Shown here in pieces: positions 53,858-64,000 of a stretch of DNA of 64,000 nucleotides (position 1 is its first letter; every line of letters begins with the position of its first letter). This stretch comes from an uncultured Gammaproteobacteria bacterium (GTDB lineage: Bacteria > Patescibacteriota > Patescibacteriia > Patescibacteriales > UBA12075). The DNA lies in the NCBI GenBank assembly GCA_964459725.1, contig CAYWNT010000004.1:57045-121044 (forward strand), in the 5' to 3' direction. Below the pieces are notes generated by a model, which was given only the letters and a program-made list of their open reading frames with translations, was not told the DNA's origin and ran no database searches. A program made the position numbers and the translations under genes.

Positions 53858-54343
53858 ATGAAAATAGTTATAATTTCAGATATACATGACAATTTGGCAA
53901 ATTTGGAAAAGGCTGTAAATTGGTTAAATAAAAATAAAATTGATCGATTGATTTGTTGTGGGGATGTGGTTAATACAGACACATTAAAAGAATTGGATAA
54001 TATTGGAAAACCTATTTATCTTATAAGGGGCAATATGGAGATTTACTATGAGGAAGAATTAAGCCAGTTCAAAAATATTAATTACCTAGGTCGTTTCGGG
54101 ATGGTAGAGTTGGATGGTATCAGGGTGGGAGTTTGTCATGAGCCTTTATTTTTCCCAGAACTTGAAAAAGAAAAATGTAATATTATTTTCTATGGCCATA
54201 CCCATAAACCATGGATAGAAACAAAGGGAAAAGTACAGTATGTAAATCCTGGAACACTTGGTGGGGTTTTTCAGAGAGGAACATTTTCTGTTTGGGATAC
54301 TCTAGAAAAAACACTTGAATTAAAAATTTTAGACAATATTTAG
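53858..54343 (+). CDS. YfcE/MJ0936-family metallophosphoesterase
   Basis: 161 aa; ISDIHDN, CCGD, GNME, CHE and GHTH motifs in the canonical order. Confidence 0.8.
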   Translation: MKIVIISDIHDNLANLEKAVNWLNKNKIDRLICCGDVVNTDTLKELDNIGKPIYLIRGNMEIYYEEELSQFKNINYLGRFGMVELDGIRVGVCHEPLFFPELEKEKCNIIFYGHTHKPWIETKGKVQYVNPGTLGGVFQRGTFSVWDTLEKTLELKILDNI

Positions 54344-54361
54344 AAATTAATTAAATATTAT

Positions 54362-55159
54362 ATGACTCCAAAAATGAGAAAAGTTGCCATCATGGCGGCA
54401 AAAAAAAGTGGCAGAATGCTTCTTAGAGAATTCGAAGGTTTTAATAGGCAAACCATCAAGTTGAAGTCTCATCATGAGATTTTGACAAATTGTGATCTGA
54501 TGAGTGAAAAAATAATAATAAATGAAATAAAAAAGGAATTTTCAGGTCATGCCATTCTTTCTGAGGAGGCCGGAGATAATAAGAAAAAATCAGATTACCT
54601 ATGGATCATAGATCCAATTGACGGGACTACGAATTTTTCTATGCATAATCCTTTGTTTTCAGTTTCTATTGGATTAGCCCATAAGGGCAAGATTGTTTTT
54701 GGCGTAATTTATGCACCATTTTTAAAGGAAATGTATATTGCTGAAGCAGGTAAGGGGGCATTTTTAAGAAAAGAGAAGGGAAGTAAGGCTATAAAAAAGA
54801 AAATAAAAGTATCCACTATAAAATCAGGTAAAGTCTTGAATGCTTTTTGTCATGGTAATCGCGTTAAGGATGTAAAAAAAGCAATAAAGTATTATGGTAA
54901 GCAAAAACTGGGTGGTTTTGATTGTCGACAGATGGGAAGCGCTGCTATCGAGTTGGCTTTTGTGGCTTGTGGCCGTATCGAGTCGATAGTTATTCCCGGA
55001 GCTCATGCTTGGGACGTAGCAGCAGGAATTTTGCTAGTAAGAGAGGCTGGTGGAAAAGTGACAGACTTTAAAGGAAAAAAATGGAGTCTAAAAAGTGCTG
55101 ATATGGCAGCAAGTAATGGAAAGGTGCATAAAGACTTGATAAAAACATTAAAAGCTTAG
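54362..55159 (+). CDS. inositol monophosphatase family protein
   Basis: 265 aa; SEE, WIIDPIDGTTNF and AWDVAAG motifs. Confidence 0.85.
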   Translation: MTPKMRKVAIMAAKKSGRMLLREFEGFNRQTIKLKSHHEILTNCDLMSEKIIINEIKKEFSGHAILSEEAGDNKKKSDYLWIIDPIDGTTNFSMHNPLFSVSIGLAHKGKIVFGVIYAPFLKEMYIAEAGKGAFLRKEKGSKAIKKKIKVSTIKSGKVLNAFCHGNRVKDVKKAIKYYGKQKLGGFDCRQMGSAAIELAFVACGRIESIVIPGAHAWDVAAGILLVREAGGKVTDFKGKKWSLKSADMAASNGKVHKDLIKTLKA

Positions 55160-55165
55160 CTGTTT

Positions 55166-55723
55166 ATGAATGAATTAAACACAGAACAGAAAAATATTTT
55201 ACTTAATATCGCCAGAACTACTGTTGAAAGTTTTATTCGGACAGGAAAAGTTGAGGAATATGTTATAAATGATGAGGAGCTGAAAGAGAGAAGAGGGGTG
55301 TTTGTTACAATTCACAAAAATGGAAAACTTCGTGGCTGCATAGGCCAAATTATTCCCTCTGAAAAACCTCTATGGCAGGCGGTGAGTGATATGGCCATTT
55401 CTGCCTGCTGTGAAGATTCGCGTTTTGATCCGGTTTTCAAGGAAGAGTTATCAGAGCTAGGTTACGAGGTGAGTGTATTATCAGTTCCTGAAAGAATCGA
55501 TAATTGGCAACATATTGAGCTTGGTAAACATGGAGTAATAGTTCGAAAGGGAACAAAGATGGGAGTATTTTTGCCTCAAGTAGCCACGGAAACAGGATGG
55601 ACCAAGGAAGAGTTGCTAGATAATTTATGTGAGAGCAAGGCCGGTCTTGGATCAAGTTGTTATAAAGATAGTGACGTAGATATAGAAGTTTTTACTGCTC
55701 AAGTATTTAGTGAAAAAAAATAA
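55166..55723 (+). CDS. AMMECR1-domain protein
   Basis: 185 aa; GVFVTIHKNGKLRGCIGQI and DSRF motifs. Confidence 0.8.
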   Translation: MNELNTEQKNILLNIARTTVESFIRTGKVEEYVINDEELKERRGVFVTIHKNGKLRGCIGQIIPSEKPLWQAVSDMAISACCEDSRFDPVFKEELSELGYEVSVLSVPERIDNWQHIELGKHGVIVRKGTKMGVFLPQVATETGWTKEELLDNLCESKAGLGSSCYKDSDVDIEVFTAQVFSEKK

Positions 55724-55913
55724 CGTCTTTTTGATAATAAATACCGAAAATAAACTTTGGTGTTTTTTTATTTGGCAAAGATGCAATGAAAATGTTATAA
55801 TAGCATTAGAAAAATAAAAATGTTGATAACTTTTTTTGTTTAATATTAGGTTATCTTAAAATAAAAACAAAAAACAGGAACTAGTTTATTTATTAGTAAT
55901 ATAGAGTATTGAT

Positions 55914-56462
55914 ATGAAAGATTTTTTGTTTAAAAAAAATATAATTTTTGTAATTCTGTTCCTCGCGATAGTTGGGGGACTTTTTTATTTTTTTACTAAA
56001 GATAGTGACCCGAAACAGAATTATGAAGTTGCTGTGGTAATTCGAGAAAAAAACAAAAAAGATCCAGGAGAGGCTGCCAGGGCATTAAAGTATGGCGATG
56101 TTTTATTGGTTCAAAAAGAAGGGCATAATTGGTCAAGTACGGAGCGGATTAGTTATTTAATACTAAAAATGAGCTTGAGCGAGAGCGAAAAGCAAAAATT
56201 GACTGAAGCAGTAGAAAAAAATTTAACAAAAGAAGAAATTCAGAATGAATTAAATAAGCTAAAAGAGAGAAATGAAGATATGGACAAAGAAGAATTAGGG
56301 CAATACAAAGAAGAGCTAGAGAATAGAGCAGAAATAATCAGGGCTAGAAAATATGGAATAAATATGGAAAAATATTTTGGCGATTTTAGGCCAACAGATT
56401 TGATTAAAGGACAACATTATCAAAAGGAGATTTATGATTGGGAGATAATACTTAAAAAATAG
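55914..56462 (+). CDS. N-terminally anchored hypothetical protein
   Basis: 182 aa; one N-terminal TM helix, coiled-coil middle. Immediately upstream of the giant ORF. Confidence 0.45.
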   Translation: MKDFLFKKNIIFVILFLAIVGGLFYFFTKDSDPKQNYEVAVVIREKNKKDPGEAARALKYGDVLLVQKEGHNWSSTERISYLILKMSLSESEKQKLTEAVEKNLTKEEIQNELNKLKERNEDMDKEELGQYKEELENRAEIIRARKYGINMEKYFGDFRPTDLIKGQHYQKEIYDWEIILKK

Positions 56463-56487
56463 AATGAATTAAAAATTTAAACAACTA

Positions 56488-59400
56488 ATGTTTTATTTTA
56501 AAAAAACAATCTATATAACGATATTTGTGTTAGCTGCATTTTTCGCAGTTAATAAAGTTAGTGCTGCTACCGAATTTGTCTCCATAATCGATCCTGACAA
56601 CGGAGCAGGGACAGATTATACAAGTCTAAACGCTTGGGAGGCGGCTATTGAAACAGACTTAGCGACCACCACGACTCTTGTTTTCTCGATCACTGGTCAT
56701 ATTGGCACTACTGCTGATGCGGTGGTTGTTACTGGTCAGACAAGTGGAGCTACTGGAACCGTTCTTCATCTAGCTAGTTCAACTGGTCAAGTTCTTATTG
56801 AGGATATTGCTGGCATATTTCAAAACGGAGAAGTAATTTCTGACGGTTTTGGTACGTCTACTTTAACTAGCACCGGCACTCAGGCTATTGCAGTAGCACA
56901 GTGCAGAAGTACTGGAGGAACAGCTGATACAACAATTATCACTCTGAGCGGATGGACCACTTCTAGTTCAACTTATATTAAGATTTGGACTGACCCAACG
57001 GATAATTATGGACGACATCGTGGCAAGTGGGATGATAATAAATATAGATTGGAGTATAGTGGAAATCTTATGTTGATTTCCGAGTCTTATGTTTGGATTG
57101 ATGGTCTGCAGATAAAATATGTAAATCCAAACACATCTGATGATTTGGTTACTTTTGAGCCGAATCAGATTGGTTGGGTAAAATTTAGTAATTCTATTAT
57201 TACATCAGAAGACATGACCAGTGGGGATAATTATAATACCGGATTACGAGTTGGGTCATGGCAGACGGATTATCATGTTTGGAATAATATTATTTCTGGA
57301 TTTAAGAACGGAGATGGTACTTATTGCCTAGAGCGTCTTGATGGTACTTCATATTTTTATAATAATACTTTTTATGATTGCAGAGTTGGCGCATGGTCAG
57401 GGTCTAACAGGACTAGAGATTTTTTTAATAATATAGCCCAAAACTGTGAGAATGGTTTTAGTGGAAATTTTGGAAGCAACTCTGATTATAATATTTCTGA
57501 CATAGAGGGAGATGCCCCAAATCTAACATTCAGCACATCGTCAATAAATGTAAAATTTGCAGATGAGGCAAATGGTGATTTTCACTTAGACCCGACAGAC
57601 ACTTCAGCTGTAAACGTTGGAACCAGTTCAATATTTACAGATTCGAATCTATCCTTTTATGCCGACATTGACGGAACACCAAGAGGTGGAGCAGTAGATA
57701 TCGGAGCTGACGAAGTACCAGTTGAATACATAAGTACAATTTGCGAAAATACTAGCGCAGGAGGAACATGTGCTAATTCGGATTATTCCTTGTTGTCATC
57801 TTGGGAAAACGCAGTAGAGACAGACTTGACTGCTACTAGTACGCGTGTATTTAGTGGTAGTGTGACAGGAACTCTGAATGAAAACGATACAGTAATACTA
57901 TATGAAAATGGAACCACAACCAATATTACTGCTACTGTAGTAGCCACCACCTCTGACCAGATACTTCTAGATAATATTACAGTACCTGATAACGCTTCCA
58001 GCACTCTATATTTTACGATCGATTCTGTCAAACTTCTTCTCTCTACAGCTTCTGGCACTGAGTGGGTTAAAACAGAAAGTACTGACTATTGGACTGTCAC
58101 CGGCACAAATGACCAGCTTGGTGCTAGCCCTATAGCTATAGCGAAAATTGATGGGGCTTGGGCGAGTGCTGAAAGTACAATTTTAGTTGATGATGTTGTT
58201 GATATTATCGGTTGGACGACTGATAATGATAATTATATAAAAATTTATACCACTGGTGATGCGAGGCATCATGGAAAATGGGATGATACAGCGTATCGAA
58301 TAAGTGTTTCAAATACTGGAAGTGATCAAGCTTCAGCTATAAATAATAGAGAATATTATGTAAAAATAGATGGATTACAGGTTGATTATACTCATAATTC
58401 CACAAGTGATTATGGTTTCGGATTGAACTTAGTTGATTATTGGGCCAATATTATAGATTCTGAGATAGAAGCTTCAAATAACATAATCAAAGGAGGCATT
58501 TTAAATGGAACAGGTGTCGGAATTTCAGTGCAATTTCATAATCCAATTACTAAAATTTATAATAATATTGTGTATGGATTTACAAGAGATGGTGGCCAAG
58601 ATGGAGCATGTATTGTGGTCGATGGGGATAGATCCTATGCTTACAACAATACAGTCCACAATTGTATTCGGGGAATTTATAGAAAGGGTAATACTCCTAT
58701 TATTAAAAATAATTTAGTATCAAGTTCAACCGATCCTTTTTATAGCACTTTTCATGCTGATTCAACCAATAATGCTACAGACGGCACAGATACTCCATCT
58801 GGTGGAAGCAATACAGTTACCAATGCTACTATAAATTTTGTTTCAGTTGCTTCTGGAACCGAAGATTTTCACCTTGCAGAAATTAATCCGGATATAATGA
58901 ATGCTGGAGCGGATTTATCCAGTGATTCATACATAAACTCTTCTCTGGATGTTGATGGAGCAGCTCATAATCCAGATGGATCTGGTTGGGATATTGGTGC
59001 TGATGAAGTTGCAACTAAGCAGTATCGCTCAGTGGGAAATACTTCGACTGCGCTCAGTATAAGTGGGACAGTAACAATTAGCTCTACCACCAAAACAGCT
59101 ACATTTAGCACGGCTCAACCAAACAATGTTGGTGTGGGCGATGTTGTTCAGTATGGAACTCCGTACAGAATCGCATTTATAACAAGCAGGGCTAGCAGTA
59201 CGGAGTACGGAGTACAGGCATATGACACTTCGGCTCCGCTTGCTACTACTACAGCAGCTTTTGCAATTTATAGGGCGTATTTAGAGTTGGATGATTGGAA
59301 TGATCAGGGAATTGGAAATGTGAACTCCTCAATTGATAGTTCAGTTGATGATTTAGTGCTAGTGGGTAATGATATTTTGGCTTCCAATACTCAGATGATG

Positions 59401-62400
59401 GTAGCGTGTTATGCTTCAACTAACGGAGACAATGATCAAGTGTCTGGGATAGACACTTGGACTACAGGGCTATATAACTATATAAAAATATTTACCCCGG
59501 TAGACACAAACGAAGTGGGTGATAGTCAGCGTCATAACGGCAAATGGGAAGACGGTAGATATAATATTACTACTTGTGTAAATTATGGGAGTGTTTTAAA
59601 CATTAATGCCAATATTGTTATTGATGGTTTGCAATTAAAAAATAATTGCACCCAGGATCAACCCGTAGGTTTGGGAATTTATGGTGATGAGTTGGTTACA
59701 ATAAAAAATAACATTATAGCTTTTGATGAAGATTTTACTGTTAATTCTCAGAGAGGCATAACAATGCTTAATCCGGGAGAATCAAACAATATACATATTT
59801 ATAATAATATTATTTATAATGCTTATTATGGTATTATATTGGATCCATGGAGCACTTATAGCGTGGCTAGTTATTATATAAACAATAATACAATAGTAAA
59901 TTCAAAAGAAACTGGAATTTATGTTGCCATTGACAAGAGCTCGACTGACGAAGAATTAATCTTAAAAAACAATTTAGTACAAAATAGTTCTAATGTTGAT
60001 TATTATATTTATGGAACAGGAAATTTGGGGACTTATGAAACGGGAAATAATATAGCTTCTGACAATTCGTCTCCTAATGATAGTTTTGATAATAAGAATG
60101 TTGGTTTTGTAGATAGTATTAATAATGATTATCATCTTTCTCCGGCGGATACAGCGGCTATAGACATGGGAACATCTAGTATTGTTTCAGATCCGGGTAT
60201 TTGGGCGGGCAATATAAATAATTATGATGTCGATGGTCATTATCGTCGAACTTGGGATATTGGCGCAGATGAAGCATCTATTGAATTTGTATCCACAGTA
60301 GAACAATCAAACGGAGATTTTTCCAAGTTGTCACTTTGGGAAGACGGCATAGAAACTGACTTAGTTGCAACTACCACCGCAGTATTCTCTTCCACTGGAA
60401 AAACAGGTACATTCCAAGCGGGAAATACATTTACAGGCCAAACATCTAACGCTACCGGAACCCTAGTTCATATGGGATCAAGTTCAGATCAGGTACTTCT
60501 AGAAAGTATACAAGGAGATCTTATATCAGGAGAACAAATTTCAGACGGAAATGGAACCACTACTTTGTCTGATGCTGGTAATCCCGCTATAGCCGTAGCG
60601 AAAATTGATGGGGCATGGACAATCGCAGATGATACAGCAGTAACAATTAATGGTTGGAATACGGGAGAATATAATTATGTGATGATATACACAACAGATA
60701 CAGCTCGTCATAATGGGAAGTGGAATGATAATAAATATCGTCTTGAGGTGACCATTGGAGGTGGCACTGCAAACTTATTAAACGTAATAGAGGAATATAC
60801 AAAAATAGAAGGTCTTCAAATTAAATTTATCAATACTGGAAGTTCTGGAGATAAAAATGCTTTTAGTTCATCTATTGATAATATTTCAATATCTTCTTCA
60901 ATTTTCACTTTTGATAACTCTGGTGGAGGTGGGACTGAAACACTTCATGGTATAAATGTATCTGGCGACAATATTTTTATTTATAACAATATTATTTATA
61001 ATTTTTCTTCATCTGACGGGAGTTCAGATGGGATCAGACTAGATGGTCCTAGTGGTCCCGATTTTTATGTTTTTAATAATACTATTAATGGAATAGATAG
61101 AGGAATGTATACTGATTGGGGAAATCATTATTTAAGAAATAATATTTCTAGTAATAATTCGGTTGATTATTATGATTCCGGCAATGGAACTAGATACACG
61201 GGTAATAATGTTTCAAGCGATGGAACTACACCTAATGCAGTTTTTTCATCAACAACAGTAAAATTCCTAGACTCCACAAGCAACGATTTCCACCTGGACC
61301 CAACAGACACCGCAGCCATAAACTCCGGAACAAGCACAATATTCACAGATTCTAACCTATCCTTCTACAAAGATATAGACGGAACACCAAGAGGCGGAGC
61401 AGTAGATATTGGTGCTGACGAAGTCCCTGTTGAATATGTAAGCACAATCTGTGAAAACACTGGCGCGGGAGGCGATTGTGCTAACTTGGATTATAGTGCA
61501 TTATCAACCTGGGAAGATAAAGTTGAAACAGATTTAACCGCAACTAGCACTAGAGTATTCAGCGGTACTCAAACAGGAACTTTGAGCGAAAATGACACAG
61601 TTACTCTCTATGAAAACGGAACCACAACCAATATTACAGCTACGGTGGTAGCCACCACTTCTGACCAAATATTGCTAGATAATATAACTGTTCCTGCAAA
61701 CGCTTCAAGTACGCAGTATGTCACAATCGACTCAATCAAACTTCTTCTTTCTGTTTCGTCAAGTTCTCTATGGGTAGAAACGGAAAGCGCGAATTATTGG
61801 ACTGTCACGGGAACGAATGATGAGCTGGGAGCTAGTCCTATTGCTATCGCGAAGATTGATGGGGTTTGGGGAACTTCTGATACAGTTGCTGTTGATATTG
61901 ATGGTTGGGAGAGTGATAATGATAATTATATTAAGGTTTATACTACTAATATAGCTAGGCATAATGGAAAGTGGAATAATAATAAATATCGTTTAGTAAA
62001 TGATTATGCCCAATATACTATAAAAGCATCTGAAAGCAACATAAAAATAGATGGGGTGCAAATTTCTATTGCCAGTTCAACAATTCCTCAAAGATGTATT
62101 GATCAGGAAGAGTATTCCGGAATGTTTGGTGAGTATGAAATATCAAATAACATCTTAAAAGGCTCTAATGGTACAGAGTATAATTTTGGTATATATTCCA
62201 ATGCAGACGGAGGTAGTATTACTAAGGTTTGGAATAATATAATTTATGATATTGGAAATGATTCAGGTGCGGCTGGTATTAGATTGTATTATTCTAATGC
62301 TCCAGTTTCTTCTCTTTATGTATATAACAATACAATGCATAACGTAACTAAAGGACTTTTTAGATCAGGGAACTCATTTGTGGCAATAAATAACTTAATA

Positions 62401-64000
62401 TCTTCGACAACTGATCCTTTTGATGGCACCTTCCATGCTGATTCAACTAATAACGCTACAGACGGCACAGATACTCCATCTGGTGGAAGCAATACGGTTA
62501 CTAACGCTACTATAAATTTTGTTTCCACTGCTTCCGGAACGGAAGATTTTCATCTTGCTGAAAATAATTCAGACTTATTAAACGCTGGAGTTGATTTATC
62601 CAATGATTCATATATCGACTCTTTAGTTGACATTGATGGAGCAGCTCATAATCCAGATGATCTTGGTTGGGATATTGGGGCTGATGAAGTTACAACCAAG
62701 CAATATCGTTCAGTAGGTAATACTTCGGCTTCGCTCAGCACAGGTGGGACAGTGACTATTTCGAGCACAACTCGGACAGCTACATTCTCGACAGTGCAAG
62801 CGGATAATGTGGGTGTGGGCGATGTTATTCAGTATGGAAGTCCATATCAACTTGCGTTTATAATAAATAGAGCTAGTTCAACAGAGTATGGGGTGCAAGC
62901 CTACAATACAAAGGCGCCAACAGCTACAACATCAGCTAGTTTTGAAATCTACAGAGCTCATTTAGAGCTAGATGATTGGGAAGATCAAGTCGTGGGAGAT
63001 GTTAATTCGGGGATTGATGATACTGTGGATGATTTGGTTTTGGTTAATACAGACTTGGTTGCCTCTAATACCAAGATGATGGTGGCTGCTTATGCTAGCA
63101 CGGCAGGAGATGATGCGGCAACAGTTATTGATGGCTGGGAAACAAATGCACAAAATAAAATTAAAGTATTTACTCCAGTAAGTTCTAATGAGGTGGGAAC
63201 AAGTCAGAGACATGAAGGGAAGTGGGATGATGATAAATATAATATTTCAATATCTCAGGCAGGTTACGCTATTTCTTTACCAAGTAATGGAATTATGTTT
63301 GTAGATTTTGATGGCCTTCAACTTTGGAATAATTATGCAGGAAATGATTACATCGGTGCTATATATTTGGACGGTGTAAACGATTGTGAAATAAATATTT
63401 CAAATAATATTTTAAGAGGTCCAGATCAGAATTCTAATAGTACGGGTATGAATGGAATTGGATCGGTATCTACTATAGAAAGAACAGCCAAGGCTTGGAA
63501 TAATATTTCTTATAATTGGTTGGGAGTAGGAGTGGGCAGATGTTTTAGTCTTGTTGATGATTATATTTATATTTATAATAACACCGCATATAATTGTTAT
63601 ATTGGAATAAATACTCAGGGAAGTAATGATTTTCATGCTCGAAATAATATTGTATATAACACAACCAGACCATTTAACTCAAATAATCCTTTAGATGATT
63701 CTTATTACAATTTAACAGATAGCTCTTTCATGTATTATCATTGGTCCTCAGAGCAAGGCTCAAATACAAATGACAAAGTAAGCCAAGTTGTTAAATTTGT
63801 AAATGAAGCTAACAATGACTATCATTTAGCTCCAGACGACACTTCTGCTATCGATGCAGGTACCAGTAGTGTCGATATTTCATTTAGCGACGATATCGAC
63901 GGTCACTACCGCAGAACCTGGGACATTGGCGCTGATGAGGCTAGTGTAGAATTCGTTGCTACAGTAGAAGAATCAAACGGTGACTTTTCTAAGTTGTCAC
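56488..64000 (+). CDS. giant secreted modular parallel-beta-helix repeat protein (3' end beyond the window)
   Basis: Frame 1 is open from ATG 56488 to the last base (at least 2504 codons, read codon by codon). Signal peptide MFYFKKTIYITIFVLAAFFAVNKVSA|A. Six complete modules of about 385-430 aa end in DIGADE at 57714, 59007, 60273, 61422, 62688 and 63939. It is missing from the ORF track because it has no in-window stop. Confidence 0.9.
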   Translation, partial: MFYFKKTIYITIFVLAAFFAVNKVSAATEFVSIIDPDNGAGTDYTSLNAWEAAIETDLATTTTLVFSITGHIGTTADAVVVTGQTSGATGTVLHLASSTGQVLIEDIAGIFQNGEVISDGFGTSTLTSTGTQAIAVAQCRSTGGTADTTIITLSGWTTSSSTYIKIWTDPTDNYGRHRGKWDDNKYRLEYSGNLMLISESYVWIDGLQIKYVNPNTSDDLVTFEPNQIGWVKFSNSIITSEDMTSGDNYNTGLRVGSWQTDYHVWNNIISGFKNGDGTYCLERLDGTSYFYNNTFYDCRVGAWSGSNRTRDFFNNIAQNCENGFSGNFGSNSDYNISDIEGDAPNLTFSTSSINVKFADEANGDFHLDPTDTSAVNVGTSSIFTDSNLSFYADIDGTPRGGAVDIGADEVPVEYISTICENTSAGGTCANSDYSLLSSWENAVETDLTATSTRVFSGSVTGTLNENDTVILYENGTTTNITATVVATTSDQILLDNITVPDNASSTLYFTIDSVKLLLSTASGTEWVKTESTDYWTVTGTNDQLGASPIAIAKIDGAWASAESTILVDDVVDIIGWTTDNDNYIKIYTTGDARHHGKWDDTAYRISVSNTGSDQASAINNREYYVKIDGLQVDYTHNSTSDYGFGLNLVDYWANIIDSEIEASNNIIKGGILNGTGVGISVQFHNPITKIYNNIVYGFTRDGGQDGACIVVDGDRSYAYNNTVHNCIRGIYRKGNTPIIKNNLVSSSTDPFYSTFHADSTNNATDGTDTPSGGSNTVTNATINFVSVASGTEDFHLAEINPDIMNAGADLSSDSYINSSLDVDGAAHNPDGSGWDIGADEVATKQYRSVGNTSTALSISGTVTISSTTKTATFSTAQPNNVGVGDVVQYGTPYRIAFITSRASSTEYGVQAYDTSAPLATTTAAFAIYRAYLELDDWNDQGIGNVNSSIDSSVDDLVLVGNDILASNTQMMVACYASTNGDNDQVSGIDTWTTGLYNYIKIFTPVDTNEVGDSQRHNGKWEDGRYNITTCVNYGSVLNINANIVIDGLQLKNNCTQDQPVGLGIYGDELVTIKNNIIAFDEDFTVNSQRGITMLNPGESNNIHIYNNIIYNAYYGIILDPWSTYSVASYYINNNTIVNSKETGIYVAIDKSSTDEELILKNNLVQNSSNVDYYIYGTGNLGTYETGNNIASDNSSPNDSFDNKNVGFVDSINNDYHLSPADTAAIDMGTSSIVSDPGIWAGNINNYDVDGHYRRTWDIGADEASIEFVSTVEQSNGDFSKLSLWEDGIETDLVATTTAVFSSTGKTGTFQAGNTFTGQTSNATGTLVHMGSSSDQVLLESIQGDLISGEQISDGNGTTTLSDAGNPAIAVAKIDGAWTIADDTAVTINGWNTGEYNYVMIYTTDTARHNGKWNDNKYRLEVTIGGGTANLLNVIEEYTKIEGLQIKFINTGSSGDKNAFSSSIDNISISSSIFTFDNSGGGGTETLHGINVSGDNIFIYNNIIYNFSSSDGSSDGIRLDGPSGPDFYVFNNTINGIDRGMYTDWGNHYLRNNISSNNSVDYYDSGNGTRYTGNNVSSDGTTPNAVFSSTTVKFLDSTSNDFHLDPTDTAAINSGTSTIFTDSNLSFYKDIDGTPRGGAVDIGADEVPVEYVSTICENTGAGGDCANLDYSALSTWEDKVETDLTATSTRVFSGTQTGTLSENDTVTLYENGTTTNITATVVATTSDQILLDNITVPANASSTQYVTIDSIKLLLSVSSSSLWVETESANYWTVTGTNDELGASPIAIAKIDGVWGTSDTVAVDIDGWESDNDNYIKVYTTNIARHNGKWNNNKYRLVNDYAQYTIKASESNIKIDGVQISIASSTIPQRCIDQEEYSGMFGEYEISNNILKGSNGTEYNFGIYSNADGGSITKVWNNIIYDIGNDSGAAGIRLYYSNAPVSSLYVYNNTMHNVTKGLFRSGNSFVAINNLISSTTDPFDGTFHADSTNNATDGTDTPSGGSNTVTNATINFVSTASGTEDFHLAENNSDLLNAGVDLSNDSYIDSLVDIDGAAHNPDDLGWDIGADEVTTKQYRSVGNTSASLSTGGTVTISSTTRTATFSTVQADNVGVGDVIQYGSPYQLAFIINRASSTEYGVQAYNTKAPTATTSASFEIYRAHLELDDWEDQVVGDVNSGIDDTVDDLVLVNTDLVASNTKMMVAAYASTAGDDAATVIDGWETNAQNKIKVFTPVSSNEVGTSQRHEGKWDDDKYNISISQAGYAISLPSNGIMFVDFDGLQLWNNYAGNDYIGAIYLDGVNDCEINISNNILRGPDQNSNSTGMNGIGSVSTIERTAKAWNNISYNWLGVGVGRCFSLVDDYIYIYNNTAYNCYIGINTQGSNDFHARNNIVYNTTRPFNSNNPLDDSYYNLTDSSFMYYHWSSEQGSNTNDKVSQVVKFVNEANNDYHLAPDDTSAIDAGTSSVDISFSDDIDGHYRRTWDIGADEASVEFVATVEESNGDFSKLS

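Noticed and set aside
56488-64000. Long periodic DNA repeats that might be taken for a CRISPR array, satellite or other non-coding repeat
   Set aside because: The period is about 1.2-3.7 kb rather than 25-40 nt. There is no repeat-spacer structure, and the whole stretch is one uninterrupted reading frame with protein-level conservation. These are coding modules.
1-64000. Alternative genetic code (UGA recoding, as in some CPR lineages)
   Set aside because: Conserved genes end at TGA, TAA or TAG where expected. TGA serves as the stop in the ATGA overlaps at 9616-9619 and 10125-10128. No conserved protein is broken by in-frame TGA.

Overview
This is a 64-kb window from a visibly AT-rich bacterial genome (exact GC not computed). 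It reads with the standard bacterial code, and TGA is clearly used as a stop (for example the ATGA stop/start overlaps at 9616 and 10125).

**Likely organism (inference).** The gene content suggests a small-genome CPR/Patescibacteria-type organism. It includes a bacterial Elp3 homologue, a minimal group-3 [NiFe]-hydrogenase, a PilB-type ATPase, E/K-rich low-complexity inserts in NusA, S16 and SMC, many small membrane ORFs, and giant secreted proteins.

**Housekeeping backbone.** lgt (partial), tsaE, lspA, a DksA/TraR-like gene, tRNA-Cys, galU, a CsoR-like repressor, trxA, nusA, ppaC, tig, ggt, trmD, a KH protein, rpsP, trpS, a phosphohexomutase, an elp3-like gene, smc, a fused PilB-like ATPase, a translin-like gene, a cation antiporter, a metallophosphoesterase, an IMPase and AMMECR1.

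**Accessory and unusual content.**
1. A minus-strand RHS/Tc-like polymorphic toxin locus at 12.4-23.4 kb. It comprises a 2641-aa toxin, a coupled immunity gene, a frameshifted orphan toxin tip and three very AT-rich multi-TM genes.
2. A giant modular beta-helix ORF starting at 56488 and still open at 64000 (at least 2504 codons). It is absent from the supplied ORF track because it has no stop inside the window.
3. Two related families of short GC-rich hairpin repeats. One sits in frame inside NusA (twice), S16, SMC and Elp3. The other sits in intergenic regions and as a 28-nt tandem inside Elp3.
4. A tandem-fused double PilB/GspE ATPase and a short SMC with no recognisable hinge.
5. A 1.4-kb ORF-free region with a DnaA-box cluster and palindromes.
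6. Several families of uncharacterised small proteins.

No rRNA, CRISPR array, transposase, integrase or phage gene was recognised.
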